DNA of 64,000 nt, taken from Chiloscyllium plagiosum. Its lineage: Eukaryota. A program made the position numbers and the translations under genes. This document shows, in pieces, positions 38,317 to 52,151 of this stretch (position 1 is its first letter; every line of letters begins with the position of its first letter). The stretch lies in assembly GCF_004010195.1 (NCBI RefSeq), contig NC_057718.1, positions 12,902,909-12,966,908 on the forward strand, in the 5' to 3' direction. The notes under the pieces were generated by a model. The model ran no database searches. It was not told the DNA's origin and was given only the letters and a program-made list of their open reading frames with translations.

Positions 38317-39861
38317 TCAAGTATGTACATCACAAATGAATACAGTTATGAATTATTTTCTCATGTATTTCAAAACTGGCAGAAATGCCACTGCTTTTGT
38401 ATCAAAACAACTTATTTGTATAAATTTTTACTACTTATTCCATAGTGAAGCAGCATCAAGAAACATACATTAAACATTCCATATATAAAAGATATATAAA
38501 TTATACAGTAATAGCTTCTTTCACCTCAAGATATATTAAGCTACTTCAACGCCAAGGAAGTACTTTCAAAGTTTGTTAGTGTAGGGAAACACAGCAGGTG
38601 CTCACAAACAGTTGTGAAATGTGCAAGTAATCTATAGTTATACTGAGGAATAAATTGATGTTTATTTGAGGGAAGCAGACAGAAGCTCATTTAAAACATT
38701 ATTTGAAGGACAACACCTCCAACAGCACTCCCTTAGGAGTGCACTGGCTTATTACTACCGGATTATGGAGTTGAATCACTCGTGTTCAGCTGGTATCCAT
38801 GACCTTCTTACTGAAAGGAAAGTCTGACATCTATAAGAACATGAAAATTAGGAGCAGAATTAAACCATTTGGCTCAAGTCTGCTCCATCATTCGATCATT
38901 GCAGATATGTTTCACACTCCCGTTCACCTGCCATCTTCCATAACCCTTGATCTCCTTATTAATCAAGAACTTATCTCTTTCGCTAATAGATTCATTGACA
39001 TAACCTCCACAGCCTTTTGCAGCAATAAATTCCACATATTAACTACCCCTTTGCTGAAGAAATTCAGAATCTCCATTCTAAAAGGGTGATCCCTTCACCA
39101 AGGATGTGTCCTCTGGTCCTAATCTCACCTACAAGTGGAAACATCTTAACATCCATTTTATCCAGGCCTCTCAGTATTTTGTAAATAACCTACCCATCAT
39201 AGACTGCAACAGTTTAAGGCGCAGCTCATCACACCGACCCAGAGATCATAATAAATGCAGGCCTAATCAGGGATTTTCATATCCCATGAATGAATTAAAA
39301 AATGTTCCTGCAATTTGTGGTCTCTCTGGTTTTTAAGTATCACCTTATATCCAGCTTAGTTGACCACCGCAATTATAATTAATATTCTTATTCTACTTAC
39401 AACTTCAAAGATAAAGTCTTTAGCCAAAGCTCTCAAAGAGCTGATTCAATTACATTACAGCTAAGGATAAATTTATAACAGAACCAATCTATTCACTTCC
39501 TGTGGTTCAGATGGTAACACTTGTAAATTGGAAGATTGAAGAACAAGATTCAATCAAAACACTGGAGCACAAAATCTAGGCTGACTGAGGGAGCACTGCA
39601 CTATTTGAAGTGCGGCCTTTCATAAGAAATGGCAAAACTGAGGCCCCTTGATGTTTCTCAGGTGGAAAAACAGCTCCCAAAATACTATTTCAAAGAGAAG
39701 CAAAAAACTTATCCCCACGGCCACAGGTATTTATCCCTCAAATCAACATCACAAAACAACCTGACAAAATGGTCGGTATCACAGTGATGCTTACGGGAGC
39801 TTGCTGTGTACAAATTAACTGCTATGTTTCCTATTTTATAACACCTGACTACAGCTTTTAC

Positions 39862-42860
39862 AGACTATCAATCCAGAAACCCAGATAATGTTTTAGGGAC
39901 CCAAGTTCAAATCCTACCATGGCAGATAGTGACCATGAAACTGTTGCTGATTAGTGAAAAAACCTATCTGGTTCACTAATGTCCTACAGGGAAGGAATTC
40001 TGCCCTCCTCGCCTGGTCTGGCTGAGATGTGACTCCAGACCCACAGCAATCTGGCTGACTCTCAATTGCCCTCTGAAATGGCCTTACAAGCTATTCAGTT
40101 TTACCAATTGCTATGAAGTCTCTGAAATCAAACCAAACTACTCTCCTGACATCAACTTCAGCACCAGAAAAGACAATGGTGGAAACAGCCTTGGTGACCC
40201 TGTAAAGTCCTCCTCACTAACATCTGGGGGCTAGTGCCAAACTGGTAGAGCTGCCTCACAGACTAATCAAGCAATAGCCTGACATAGTCATACTCAAGGA
40301 ATCATACCTTATAGACTGTGTCCCAGACACTACCATCCCTGAATATGTCCTGCCTCACCAACAGGATAGACCTACAGAGGTAACAGCACAGTGATGTACA
40401 GTTGGGAGAGTTGCCCTGGAAGTCCTCAACATTGACCCCTGATCCCATGAAGTCTCATGGCTTCAGGTTAACTACTGGCAAGAAAACTTCCTGATTACCA
40501 CGTACTGTCCTCCCTCATGAATTGGTACTCCTCCATGCTGAATAACAGAGAGGAAGCACTCAGAATGGCAGGGGCACAAAATGTACTCTGGGTGGGGGAA
40601 TTTCCATGTCCATCATCAAGAATGGCTCAGCAGCAGTACTACAGATTGAACTGGTCAGGTCCTAAAAGGCACAGCTCCTGGACTGGATCTGCAGGAGGTA
40701 GTGAGACCTCATTTTACCAATCCGTCAGCTAAAGATGCATCTGTCCATGACAGTAAGAGGGATACCACACAGTCCTTGTGGAGACCAAAGTGCTGCCTTT
40801 ACATTGAGAATAACCTCCATTGTGTTGCATGGCACTATCACCATGTTAAATGGGACAGACTTCGAACAGATCTAGAAACTCAAGACTGGGCATTCATTAG
40901 GTGCTGTGGGCCATTAGCAGCAGAACTGTACTCCAGAATAATCTGTAACCTCATGGTCCACCAGCATATTTCACACTCAGCCATTACTGTCAAGCTGGGG
41001 ATCACCCTGGTTCAATGGTGAGTGCAGGAGGGCATGCCAGGAGCAGCACCAGGCATACCTGAAGAGGAGTGTCAACTTTGCATGCTAAACAACATAAGCA
41101 GCAAGTGACAGACAGAGCGAAGTGATCTCACAACCAACGATTGAAATCTAAGCTCTTCAGTCCTGCCACATCCAGTCGTGAATGTTGGTGGACAATTAAA
41201 TAACTCACCGGAGGCAGCGGCTCCTCAAATATCCCCAATCTCAATGATGCAAGAGCTTAGCATATCAGTGCAAAAGAGAAGGCTGAAACATTCACTCAAT
41301 CTTCAGCAAGACATAATGAGTGGATGATCCACTTCGGCCTCTTCCAGTGGTCCCCAGCACTACAGATAACAATCTTCAGCCAATTCAATTCATTCCACGT
41401 GATATCTAGAAACGGTTGGAGGCACTGGACACAGGTTACAGGTCCTGACAACATTCCGCCAATAGTTCTGAAGATTTATGCTCCAGATCTTACTGTCCCC
41501 TTAGAAGTTCCTGAACAGTTACAACACTGGAATCTACCCAACAATGTGTAAAATTGCCCAAGTATAAAAAAGCAAGACAAATCCAACCCAATCAATTACC
41601 ATCCCATCAGTCTACTCTCAATCATCAGTAAAGTGGTGGAAGGTGTTATCAACAGTGCTATCAGGCAGCACTTGTTCAATCAGTTGCTCAGTGATGGTCA
41701 ATTTTGGTTCCGCCAGGGCGACTCAGCTCCTGACCTCATTACGGCCTTGGCTCAAACATGGACAAAAGAGCTGAATTCCAGAGGTGAAATGACATCAAGG
41801 CTGCATTTGACCAAGTGGAATCAAGGAGCCCCAGCAAAACTGGAATCAATGGGTTTCAAGAGGCAAACTCGCCACTGGTTAGAGCCTTATGTGACACTTA
41901 GGAAGATGGCTGTGGTTGTTGGAGGTCATCTCAGTTCCAGGATATCTCTACAGGAATCCCTCAGGCTAGTGTCCTCGGATCAACCATCTTCAGCTGCTTC
42001 AATGACCTTATCTCCATCACAAGGTTAGAAGTGGGGATGTTCGCCAATGATTGCACAATGTTCAGCACCATTCGCGACCCTCAGACACTGAAGCAATCAA
42101 TGTCCAAATGCAACAAGGTTTGGGCTGACAAGTAACATCTGCGCCAAATGCCAGGCTATGACCATCACCAGCAAGAGACGACCTGACCACTGCCCCTTGA
42201 TATTCAATGTTGTTACTATCACTGAATCCCCCACTATCAACATCCTGGGAGTTATCATTGATTAGAAACTCAACTGGACTCAACAGATAAATACAGTGGC
42301 TACATGAGCAGGTCAGAGGCTAGGAATACTGCAGCAAGAAACCTAGCCCCTGACTTCCACAACCCTGTCCACCATCTACCAGGCACAAGTCAGGAGTGTG
42401 ATGGAATACTCCCCACTTGCCTGAATGAATGCACCACACAAGAATCTTGACACCACGTGGACAAAGCAGCCCATTTGACTGGCACTGCTTTCACACTCTG
42501 TACCACCGACGCTCAGTTAAAGTGTGTGCTATAAGATGCATTGCAGAAATTCATCGAAGATCTTCAGACAGCACCTTCCAAATTCATGACCATTTCCATC
42601 TAGAAAGACAAGGGCAGCAGATAAATGGGAACACCATCCCCCTCAAGATCCCTTCCAAGCTACTCACCATCCTGACTTGCAAATATATTGCCATTCCTTC
42701 ACTGTTGCTGGTTCAACATCCTGAAATTCCCGCCCTAACGGCATTATGGGTCAACCCACAGCTGGTAGACTGCTGTGGTTCAAGAAAGCAGCTCATCTGC
42801 ACCTTCTCAAGACCAACTAGGGATGGGTAATAAATGCTGCTGCAGCCAGCAAAGTGAATA
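39862..42860 (+). mobile_element. Decayed near full-length single-ORF APE-RT LINE (CR1 group by inference) with a tRNA-like head, in PSMB1 intron 4
   Basis: APE start LTNIWGLVP near 40215. RT pieces NYHPISLLSIISKVVEGVIN, QFWFRQG and MFANDC. Tail actagggatgggtaataaatgc. Confidence 0.75.
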
Positions 42861-43030
42861 AAAAAGCCTGTTTAGCAATATTCTGAGATTGCGAAAAATA
42901 CTTTATAAACAAGTATTTTGTAAATTTAGCAATAAGGAGAACAGGTGGATAGGCAAGTTGTTCCCAGGCCTCAGTGAATGCTACACTGTAAACAGCCTGA
43001 AATAAATGCTTCACAATTACTGTACCTTTA

Positions 43031-43330
<300 letters not shown>

Positions 43331-43409
43331 TCAGTTAAATATAAAAACAAATACTGCAGCTATAAGCATCGTGGTGAAAAAAGACATATAGTAATTCTAC
43401 ATTGATGTA

Positions 43410-44665
43410 TAATGTGAATTGTCATCAATGATCTGGATGAAGGAACTGAGGGCATTGTTGCTAAGTTTGCAGATGACGAAGATTGTTGGAGGATCATGTA
43501 ATGTTGAGGGAGCAGGGAGGCTGCAGAAGGACTTGGTCAAGTTGGGAGAGTGGGCAAAGTAGTGGCAGGTGAATACAATATGGCACAGTGCGAGGTTACA
43601 CACTTTGGTAGGAAGAACAGAGGTGTAGACTATTTTCTAAATGGGGAAAGGTTTCTGAAATCTGAAGCACAAAGGACTTGAGATCCTAATTCAGGATTCT
43701 CTTAAGGTGAGTATGTAGGTTCAGCTGGCAGTTAGGAAGACAAATGCAATGTTAGCTATTATTTCGAGAGCTAGAAAACAAAAGCAGAGAAACAAGAGCT
43801 GCACAATGGCTCTGTGGTTAGCACTGCTGCCTCACAGCTTTGGGGACCCAGGTTCAATTCCAGCCTCAGACATCTGTCTGTGTGGAGTCAGCCCATTCTC
43901 TCAGTGTCTGCATGGATTTTCTCCGGGCTGTTCCGTTTTCCTCCCACAGTCCAAAGATGCTAAATTGCCCAGTGTCCAGTGTAGGTGAATTAGCCATTGA
44001 ATATGCAGGGTTACAAGGATAGAATAGGAGGGTCTGAGTGGGATGCTGTTCAGATGGTTGGCGTGGACCCAATGGTCCAAATGGCCTGTTTTCAGACTAT
44101 AGGGCTTCTATGCACTGCTGAAGCTGCAAGTGTCTCTGGTCAGACTGCATTTGGAATATTATGGGCAGTTTTGGGCCCAATCTAAGGAAGAAGTGGGTCC
44201 AGAGGAGGTTGACAAGAATATGTCAAGGGATGACTGGCTTATCATGTGAGAAATGGTTGAAGACACTGGGTCTGTGCTCAGTCAAGTTTAAAAGATGGGT
44301 GGGGTGGGGTGATCTGATTTCAATTTAAGAGATACTGACAGGCCTGGATAGAGTGCATGGAGGTGATGTTTCCATAAGTAGGAGAGACGAGGTCTCAAGC
44401 ACACAGCCTCAAGAGTAAAGGGACAGGCCTTTAGAACAGTTGAGGAGCAAGTTCTTCAACCAAAGGGTAGTTATTCTATGGAATTCATTTCTGCAGACGG
44501 CTGTGGAGGCCTAGTCTTTCAGTGTATTTAAGTCAGAGAGAGATAGATTCTTGATTGGTAAGGGGATTCAAGGTTATGGACAGAAATCAGGAGAATGTGG
44601 TTAGGAAGCATATCAGCCATGATTAAATGGCAGAGCAGACGGGATGGGCTGAATGGCCTAATTCA
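43410..44665 (+). mobile_element. CR1 LINE 3' fragment in PSMB1 intron 3
   Basis: INDLDEGTEGIVAKFADD motif and CR1 3' tail gggctgaatggcctaattc. Confidence 0.8.
43800..44110 (+). mobile_element. HE1-like SINE inserted in a CR1 fragment
   Basis: tRNA head and family body. Confidence 0.7.
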
Positions 44666-44810
44666 GCAATGGTGATTTAAGGACTAAAACAACAGAACTA
44701 ATTTTTAGTCCCACAGTCACAAAAAAACATGAATCTACTTCTAATTTGACAACTACAGAGGCCAAAGGATGTTGAAGGTTCAGTTTTTTCCACAAGACTG
44801 TACTCTTAGG

Positions 44811-45280
44811 TAAAAACAATGACTGCAGATGCTGGAAACCAGAGTTTAGATTAGAGTGGTGCTGGAAAAGCACAGCAGTTCAGGCAGCATCCGAAGAGCA
44901 GTAAAATCCCGACGTTTTGGGCAAAAGCCCTTCATCAGGAATACAGGCAGAGTGCCTGAAGGGTGGAAAGATAGTGAATCTTAGGCAAGAGTACAGGTGT
45001 TCAGACAAAGAAGATAAATGAGAGTTTTAGTGTGCCTGACTGCAATTGAGGGAGAAAGGTTGGTACTGCTGATGCTAGAGATTAGAGTCAAGATTAGAGT
45101 TGTCCTGGAAAAGTACAGCAGCTCAGGCAGCATCCGAGGAGCAGGAAAATTGATATTTTGGGCCTAAGCCCTTTATCGGATTCCTGATGAAGGGCTTTGG
45201 CCCGAAACATCGAATTTTCCTGCTCCTCAGATGCTGCCTTCACCTGCTGTGCTTTTTCAGCACCACTCTAATCCTGACGG
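44811..45280. mobile_element. Two adjacent PLE family A terminal fragments (single arm 44811-44975; fold-back 45053-45280) in PSMB1 intron 3
   Basis: Similarity to the 3340-3500 terminus. CTGATGA...GAAACATC at 45184-45211. Confidence 0.75.
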
Positions 45281-45467
45281 TAACTGACCCGACAAAGCCA
45301 TACTTGAATCTGCTACCTAGTGGCTCATGTGAGAGATGTTCCACTGTTCAGATTTATAATCTATAATGTAGATAAACACAAATAGAAATTTAACAATCCT
45401 CAGCACTGTACTTTCAATATCCAATGTAGTTGAATATCTTATGCTGCATTTTACAAATTGTAAATAC

Positions 45468-45549
45468 CTTTAATCTTGCATCAATAATTTTTGTTAGAGT
45501 AAGACAATCCCCATGGAATCCAGTGCATCCAATCACTGTTTGGTCAGTC
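45468..45549 (-). CDS. PSMB1: PSMB1 coding exon 3 ([27 protein letters not shown])
   Basis: Not in the ORF track; translated manually. ttttAG acceptor, AAG|GTATTT donor, 82 nt. Confidence 0.97.
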
Positions 45550-46680
45550 CTAAAAACAAAAAGGATATCATGTGAAATCTGAGTGGCTGGAACATACTAA
45601 TCTAATTTGCTGAATAATACTGAACAGCATAATCACATCCACCTGAAATTCAGCCTCTCACCTGAGAGGGAGAGAGATCACCTCCTACGGCACTGCACTC
45701 CCTCAGTACTGGACTATAGTGCAAGCCTTATCTTTTCAACTCATGTTCTGGAGTAAAACTTGGAATACAAACTTTGGCTCAGAGGCCTGAATACTACCAA
45801 CTGAACCATGGTGACTTACAAATGAGAGAAATACAATTTCCACCATTTTCACAATCACTGGAACAGTTTAAATCCTGGATTTGATTCACCCCATTTGACA
45901 TTTAAGAGATGGGAAAGAAAAATCATTTAGTCACCAGAAACATCACAAGAGGGTTAGCATGCACAGGCCCAAAAGCAGACTTAAATAAAACTGAGACACC
46001 AACAACAATTTACAGACAGTCCACCTGCTAATACTGAGGCACAACTTCCCACTTGCACACACCTTCAGTGTCTGGTGGACTGAAAGCAGTGAATGCTGGG
46101 TAATCTCTGTGATGGTCAGAAGCTTCCACAAGGAAGTTGTTGGGGGGGGGGATGCAAGAGGGAAACCCAAGGGTCTCAACACACACACAAAACAAAGATA
46201 AATGGATAAATATTTGGAACAATCTGGCTATGTGAATCAAACACAAGGCACACTTGAAGTTCCTAGGTTCTATGAATTTTTATCCCAAAGATTGCCCTCC
46301 TTTCTGTATAGGAAATAAAATCTATAAATGCAATTTATAACCATAAGGTGAAAAGGAAAATGAATTAGCCAGTATACAATCCTAAACAGCACAAGGGAGG
46401 ATTTTTCTTGCATACCATCAATTTGAATCCTTCACCCATAGAATAACAGTCAAGAATGGAAACCTTAGCAGACATCCTCTCAGACTTGGAATGGGAACAA
46501 ACCAATTCTACCATGCCAGAATAAATTTCTCAATTGAACCAGAGCCCAGGTTGCCTTCTCTTTCACAGTCTGTTCACTTAAAGCTAATGATTTAAGAAAA
46601 ATAAATCTCAAAACACACAGGTGTGCATAATTTTGCTCAAAATCCTTTGGCATGAATAAAATCATGCTTTTTGAACTTAC

Positions 46681-46788
46681 AGTTTGTAGCATTTTGGAGA
46701 GTCCCGGCTGTGAATGGAGTAACCCTCACTCAGTCGTGTATCTGAAGCAACAATGGAAAAGTCCTCGCCAGCTAAGGCCAACACAGTT
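46681..46788 (-). CDS. PSMB1: PSMB1 coding exon 2 ([36 protein letters not shown])
   Basis: Seen in ORF 46677..46886. AG acceptor at 46790-46789, GTAAG donor at 46680. 108 nt, phase compatible with exons 1 and 3. Confidence 0.97.
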
Positions 46789-47094
46789 CTGTTGATAGTG
46801 ACAAGTGGGGTGGGAAGAAAGAAAATCAATATGTCAGAAGTACATTCCAAAAAATACAAAAAGAACAACCGAAGGCTGCCTTTCATTTTGCACTTTACAT
46901 GTGCTGGAATTTACTGTGAAAATAATTTCAATATGGTTTACATAGACATTGCTCCAGTCACTCAGTAGAATTTAACACAGTCAGCAACTTCTCAAATCAT
47001 ACGGATTCACTAACTTATTTGCACCTCTCAAAGTGGAGACATTCATTTTTCATTTTCACAAAGAATGCCCTGCTCTTCAGAGTCATATGAACCC

Positions 47095-47260
47095 ATGTTA
47101 TGGTTTATTTGAAATCACAAGCTTTCAGAGCGCTGCTCCTTTGCTGTCATACTTTGCCTGACAAAGTGGCAATGCTCCAAACGGTTGCGATTTCAAATAA
47201 ACCTGTTGGACTGTAACCTGGTGTCCTGAGATTTCCAACACTGACATCTCCACATCATGG
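47095..47260. mobile_element. Diverged fold-back mini-PLE family B
   Basis: Inverted arms containing aaataaacctgttggactgtaacctggtg. Confidence 0.6.
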
Positions 47261-47399
47261 CTACCTGTTCTTCAGTGTACATATGGTCAGGGGACGTATA
47301 ACCGATTTTCAAAGACAAACTTGCATTTCCAAAATTGCTGCTTTAACCTCTGAATATCTCAAAATGCTTTACAACCAATTAAGTATGTTTGACAATATA

Positions 47400-48372
47400 G
47401 CAGTGGACAAGAGCCAATTTCTCATCTCTAAAATTGGAGATCTACATCTCGGCACCCCACTTTGTAACCTGATCCTCAATTTACTGGCCCATAGACCCCA
47501 ATCAGTAATAAGTGACAATACCACCTCCATCATAAACCTCAATAATGGTGCCCTGCAAGACTGCATCAGCCATTCTATACTCCTTATATATACATGGTCG
47601 GGTGGCCAAATTCCACTAACTCCATTTACAACACCACCATTGTAGGTTGGATCTCAAACAACAAGACAAAATACAAGAAAGAGTTTGAGTGTTTAGCTGC
47701 ATGGTTAAAGACAATCTCTCCATCAATGTCAGCAAAACAAAGGAGCTGGTTACTGACTTCAGGAAGCTGTGTGGATGACATGACTCTGTCTGCATCAATG
47801 GCGCTGAGATGGAGATGGTTGAGAGCGCCAAGTCCTTGGGAGCAATGATGACAAGACGGTCAAGAAAGCACATGTCTACTTCTGCAAAAGGCTAAGGAAA
47901 CTCAACATGTCCACAAAGACACTTACTAATTTTTTATAGATGGCCCAGAGAAAGCATCCTATCTGGGTGCATTACAGCTAGGGTACTGGAACCGATCCCG
48001 ATCTCCACAAGAATGCAATAAGTTACAAGAGTCACGAACACAGCATAGTCCACCACAAAAACCATCCACTGACTCCATCAATAATCTAAAATGACTCCAA
48101 TATAATCAAAGACCCCTTCCTCCCTGGTAATACTCTTTTCCACCCTTTTCCGGCAGGCAGAAGATATAAGTTTGCATGTAAATGTGAATACATTCTAGAA
48201 CAGTTTCTTCCCCACTGTTGAACAGACCTCTCAAAGTGAATTCTGATCTATCTGCAGCTCTAACACTATAAGCTGTTCTGCTGCCCTGATGCACTTGTAT
48301 GGTACGATCTGCCTATATAGCACACAAAACTTTTCACTGTACCTCAGTACATGTGACAACAATAAATCAAAC
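47400..48372 (+). mobile_element. Rex1/Babar-type LINE 3' fragment in PSMB1 intron 1
   Basis: LCNLILNLLAHRPQSV, gaaagcatcctatctgggtgcattacagct, and tail gtgacaacaataaatcaa. Confidence 0.7.
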
Positions 48373-50100
48373 TAAAATTAAAACAAAATAAATCTAACAT
48401 ATAGCATTAGCAGTTTCTATCAAACATGTCTAAAAGCCTATGTACTATTATGCCCTTAATCATTCATATAAAAGAAAGTATTGTTTGGAACTCACAGACA
48501 TTTAGTTGTATTCAGTTATGTACAGATGTAATACAAATTCAGGTCTGCCAAAGATACTTTATGTATGTGGCACAGCAGCAACCGTTGCAGTTAAGAGCTG
48601 CATTTTTGTGAGAGCTAACATTTATCTCAGTAAAAGACTTCAGTTTCCCTCTCTGGTTACCCACATTCACTTACTTTACAGCCATGATCTGTCTATGAAT
48701 ATGGAGGTGAAGGCTTTCCAATATAATAGAGAAGAGATCCTTTCTAGATGGCATTGAGAAGCTAACAAATTGCCTATCGGGGTGGGGTGTGCAGGAAGGC
48801 ATCATCCAATTTGGGAGATGATGGACTACACCCAAGATGCATGCCACATCAGCATGAAGCATTAAATCTTGTGCTTGTGGAGACCAATAAGTCAGTGCCA
48901 GCTCCATCCATATCACACTCCTTTCTATCAACTGATAACTTTACTATCCTCCACTTCTCCCAAACCCTTCCTGATTGTTAAAATCTAGGCAGCCACAGCT
49001 AGCAGCATAGCCTTCCCATGCATCGAATGATTCCAGTCAACTTTAGGTCTCTTTCGAAGATGGCCTTGTATTGCAGACATGAGCAACTAGTTGAATGTAT
49101 GGATTTAGCAAACCTCTCATTCAGATGTCTTTTGCTTTTGATTTGAATTTATTTTTTTCTGTTCTTAAAGTGCTACAAGATCAAATATGCATTAAATTGT
49201 GTTTTGAAATCATTCTTAATTTCACTTGCACAATCTTCATAGATAGCAAGCTCCAGGTCAGGCTGTGCATAAAAGTTCTTCTTCATACCTGCGTTTCTTG
49301 ACAAACTTCCAAGTGTGTCCTCTGTAAATGTGAACATTTCTCGAACTTAGCTAAACCTGATACAATCTTGTACTCATCCATTTAATCTCCCTTTGAATAC
49401 CTGTATTCCAAATTGCTTTTCTAAGCTAACCTTACAGCTAAATTATCTCATCCATAGAACCATTCTGGAAAATCTCTGCACTCTCACATCCTTCGTAAAG
49501 TCTGGTGACCAGAATAAAATGCAATATTCTAGGTGTGCCCAAAACAGAGATTTAAGAGTTCAGCACACCATTGCTGCTTTTGTATTCAATGCCTCCAGGT
49601 AAAAAAAACTTCAAAATCCTATTTATTTTGCTAACCACTCTTTCAGTGTCTTTCAAATATTTGTACGATAATTTACAGATTACTGCACTCTTCAGTGCAA
49701 TTCCCTATGGCAGATGCATCGAAGGCCAGAGAGCACATGTTTAAGGTGACAAGTAGTTTAAACGAGATCTGAGGAAAGGATTTTCAACACAGATTTGCAG
49801 AAAAATGGAATGGGTTGCCTGAGAGGGTGATAGGGGCAATTACTATTGTAACATTTTAGTAGTATCTGGATGAGCACTTAAAATGCCAGGGCATAGTAGG
49901 CTATGGACCAAGTGCAGGGAGAAAGGATTAGAGCAGTTTGGGATTTGTTGGCTGACAAAGATGCAGTGGGCCAAAAGAACTGTTTCTACGCTGTATGACT
50001 ATGACTTAGTGTACATCACCTCTCCCATTCCTTCTACCTAAATGAATTTCCTCATACCTGCTTAAGTTCTGTCTGCTCATTCTGTTACCTTATGTTGCGC

Positions 50101-50790
50101 GTCAAAACGTGTGGTGCTGGAAAAGCACAGTCGGTCAGCCAGCATCCAAGGAGCAGGAGAGCCGATGCTTTAAGCATAAGCTCTTCATCAGGAATGTGGG
50201 GGAGGCCCAAGGGGGCTGAGAGATAAATGGGAGGGTGGGTGGGGCTGAGGGAAAGTAGTTGAAAATGTGATAGGTAGATGAAGATGGGGGGGGTTATGGA
50301 GATAGGTCAGAGAGGAGGGTGGAAAGGATAGGTGGGAAAGGAGATCAGGTAGTTCAGTTTAAGAGCACAGTGCTGAGTTGGGGGGTTGGATCTAGGATAA
50401 GGTGAGGAGACCGCCTTGGAACCATTCAACCACACAGGATCAATGCGGATTTCACCAGTTTCCTCATCTTCCCTCCTGCTGCCTTTTCCCAGATCCAACC
50501 TTCCAAGTCGGCACCACCCTCTTGAACTGTCCTACCTGTCCATCTTCTTTCCCACCTATCCACTCTGACCTATCAGCATCACCCCACCACCTTCATCTAC
50601 CAATTGCATTCCCAGCTACCTACTCCCCCAGCCCCCTTCCCATTTATCCCTCATTTCCCCTCCCCCATTCCTGATGAAGAGCTTATGCTCGAAACGTCAC
50701 CTCTCCTGCTTCTCAGATGCTGCCTGACTGGCTGTACTTTTTCAGCACCACACTTTTTGACTCCGATCTGCAGTCCTTACTTTCTCCTGC
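50101..50790. mobile_element. Larger fold-back PLE family A remnant in PSMB1 intron 1
   Basis: A G-rich arm and an inverted C-rich arm, each ending in the terminal repeat. Hammerhead at 50671-50698. Confidence 0.75.
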
Positions 50791-51394
50791 CTGATGTTCT
50801 GTGGCAGTCAATTGGTTTCATCTACACTGTTGCCACACTGGGTTTGCTACCATGAGCAAATTTCAAAATTATTCCATCAAGGTATGAATGAATAAGATTG
50901 AAAACTTGAACTAGTTTTTACAAACAAAATAAATTCAATTTGATTTTATCCCTTCAGGAAACTAGCCTCAGTACACTAACATGCTTCCTCTATCAGGAGT
51001 ATACTGTTAGTATGCAATGTTGATTGGTCTTGCACCATTCTCACAAATTCATAGCTGTGAATCATTGGTGTTTAAAAGGTCAATGGGTGAACGTGAAAGT
51101 CGGAATTAAGTCCTCATACACCTTGCCAAACACACTGCCCAGGTTCAGGACTAGTTCACTGACTTTAACCCTAAGCTTAGCACTCATTGCCAACTTTGTG
51201 AATGTTTTGTTACATGCAACATAGACCTTTTATTGTAGACTCCAAACTGGTCATACTTTACCCCTTTCCAAAGGTCCTATTTCTGTACTCAAAATATCTA
51301 GCTAAGTTCTGTTTTGTGTCTGTACCTCCTCGCCTTCTCCCGCGGCTTAGTTACAAACCAACTCCCGGGCCTGATTGGCCTCACTTTGCCATGG

Positions 51395-51627
51395 AGAAAG
51401 TGATCTGCAGATGCTGGAGATCAGAGCTGGAAATGTGTTGCTGGAAAAGCGCAGCAGGTCAGGCAGCATCCAAGGAACAGGAGAATCGACATTTCGGGCA
51501 TAAGCCCTTCAGGAAACTTCTGGCATAAGTTTCTGCATCTGAAGAAGGGCTTATGCCCGAAACGTCGATTCTCCTGTTCCCTGGATGCTGCCTGACCCGC
51601 TGCGCTTTTCCAGCAACACATTTCCAG
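51395..51627. mobile_element. Fold-back mini-PLE family A near PSMB1 exon 1
   Basis: TSD ctcactttgccaYgg at 51380-51394 and 51628-51642. Confidence 0.8.
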
Positions 51628-51954
51628 CTCACTTTGCCACGGCCACCCCACGCCCATTTTCCACCCTCCCCAGCCTAGGCCTGTTTACTGCCCATTCCCG
51701 AGTCTGTCCTGAATTACCCCTCATAGCTTCCCAAGCCTCTACTGCTTGATTCCCTCACCCCCACCAAATTTCCGTCCCGAGCCTGTTAACCCATTGCTCT
51801 GTTTACCCACTTTCCCCAGTCACAGCCGCCCCCTCCAACACACACCACTCCCAGGACCTTCTTCCTGTCTATCCCCTTGCAAGGCCCGATTAACTCCAAC
51901 CACCAACCATCACCTGTCCGCTCCTACCAAGGCCTGAAGGTAGCTCACACTCAC

Positions 51955-52049
51955 CCTCCATTAAAAGTGTAGGGCGAGAAGCGGTACTGTGTGGGTCCTG
52001 CTTGCTGGTATCCCTCCATACTGCTCATGGACTCGTACAAATGCGGCAT
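51955..52049 (-). CDS. PSMB1: PSMB1 coding exon 1 (MPHLYESMSSMEGYQQAGPTQYRFSPYTFNGG)
   Basis: Manual translation of the minus strand from ATG 52049 gives the RFSPY.FNGG motif of proteasome beta type-1. Donor GG|GTGAGT at 51954. 95 nt, phase 2. In-frame Met8 and Met11 are alternative starts. Confidence 0.93.
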
Positions 52050-52085
52050 TTCCTCCCGGACCTGATGCAGCTGCTGTCTCACTGC

Positions 52086-52151
52086 CAAGATGGCGACTGC
52101 CGTGCCTCACTCAAACCCTTCCCCGGTGCACCATCAATAAGCGCATGCGCA
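52086..52151. promoter_or_regulatory. PSMB1 core promoter motifs: YY1 (CAAGATGGCGAC) and NRF1 palindrome (GCGCATGCGCA)
   Basis: CAAGATGGCG at 52086-52095 and GCGCATGCGC at 52141-52150, about 40-100 nt upstream of the ATG. Both are typical housekeeping promoter motifs. Confidence 0.7.

Noticed and set aside
52090..52140. Plus-strand AAGATGGCG as the start of a divergent gene
   Set aside because: The frame closes after 16 codons (MATAVPHSNPSPVHHQ*) with no convincing donor. It is better explained as a YY1 site.
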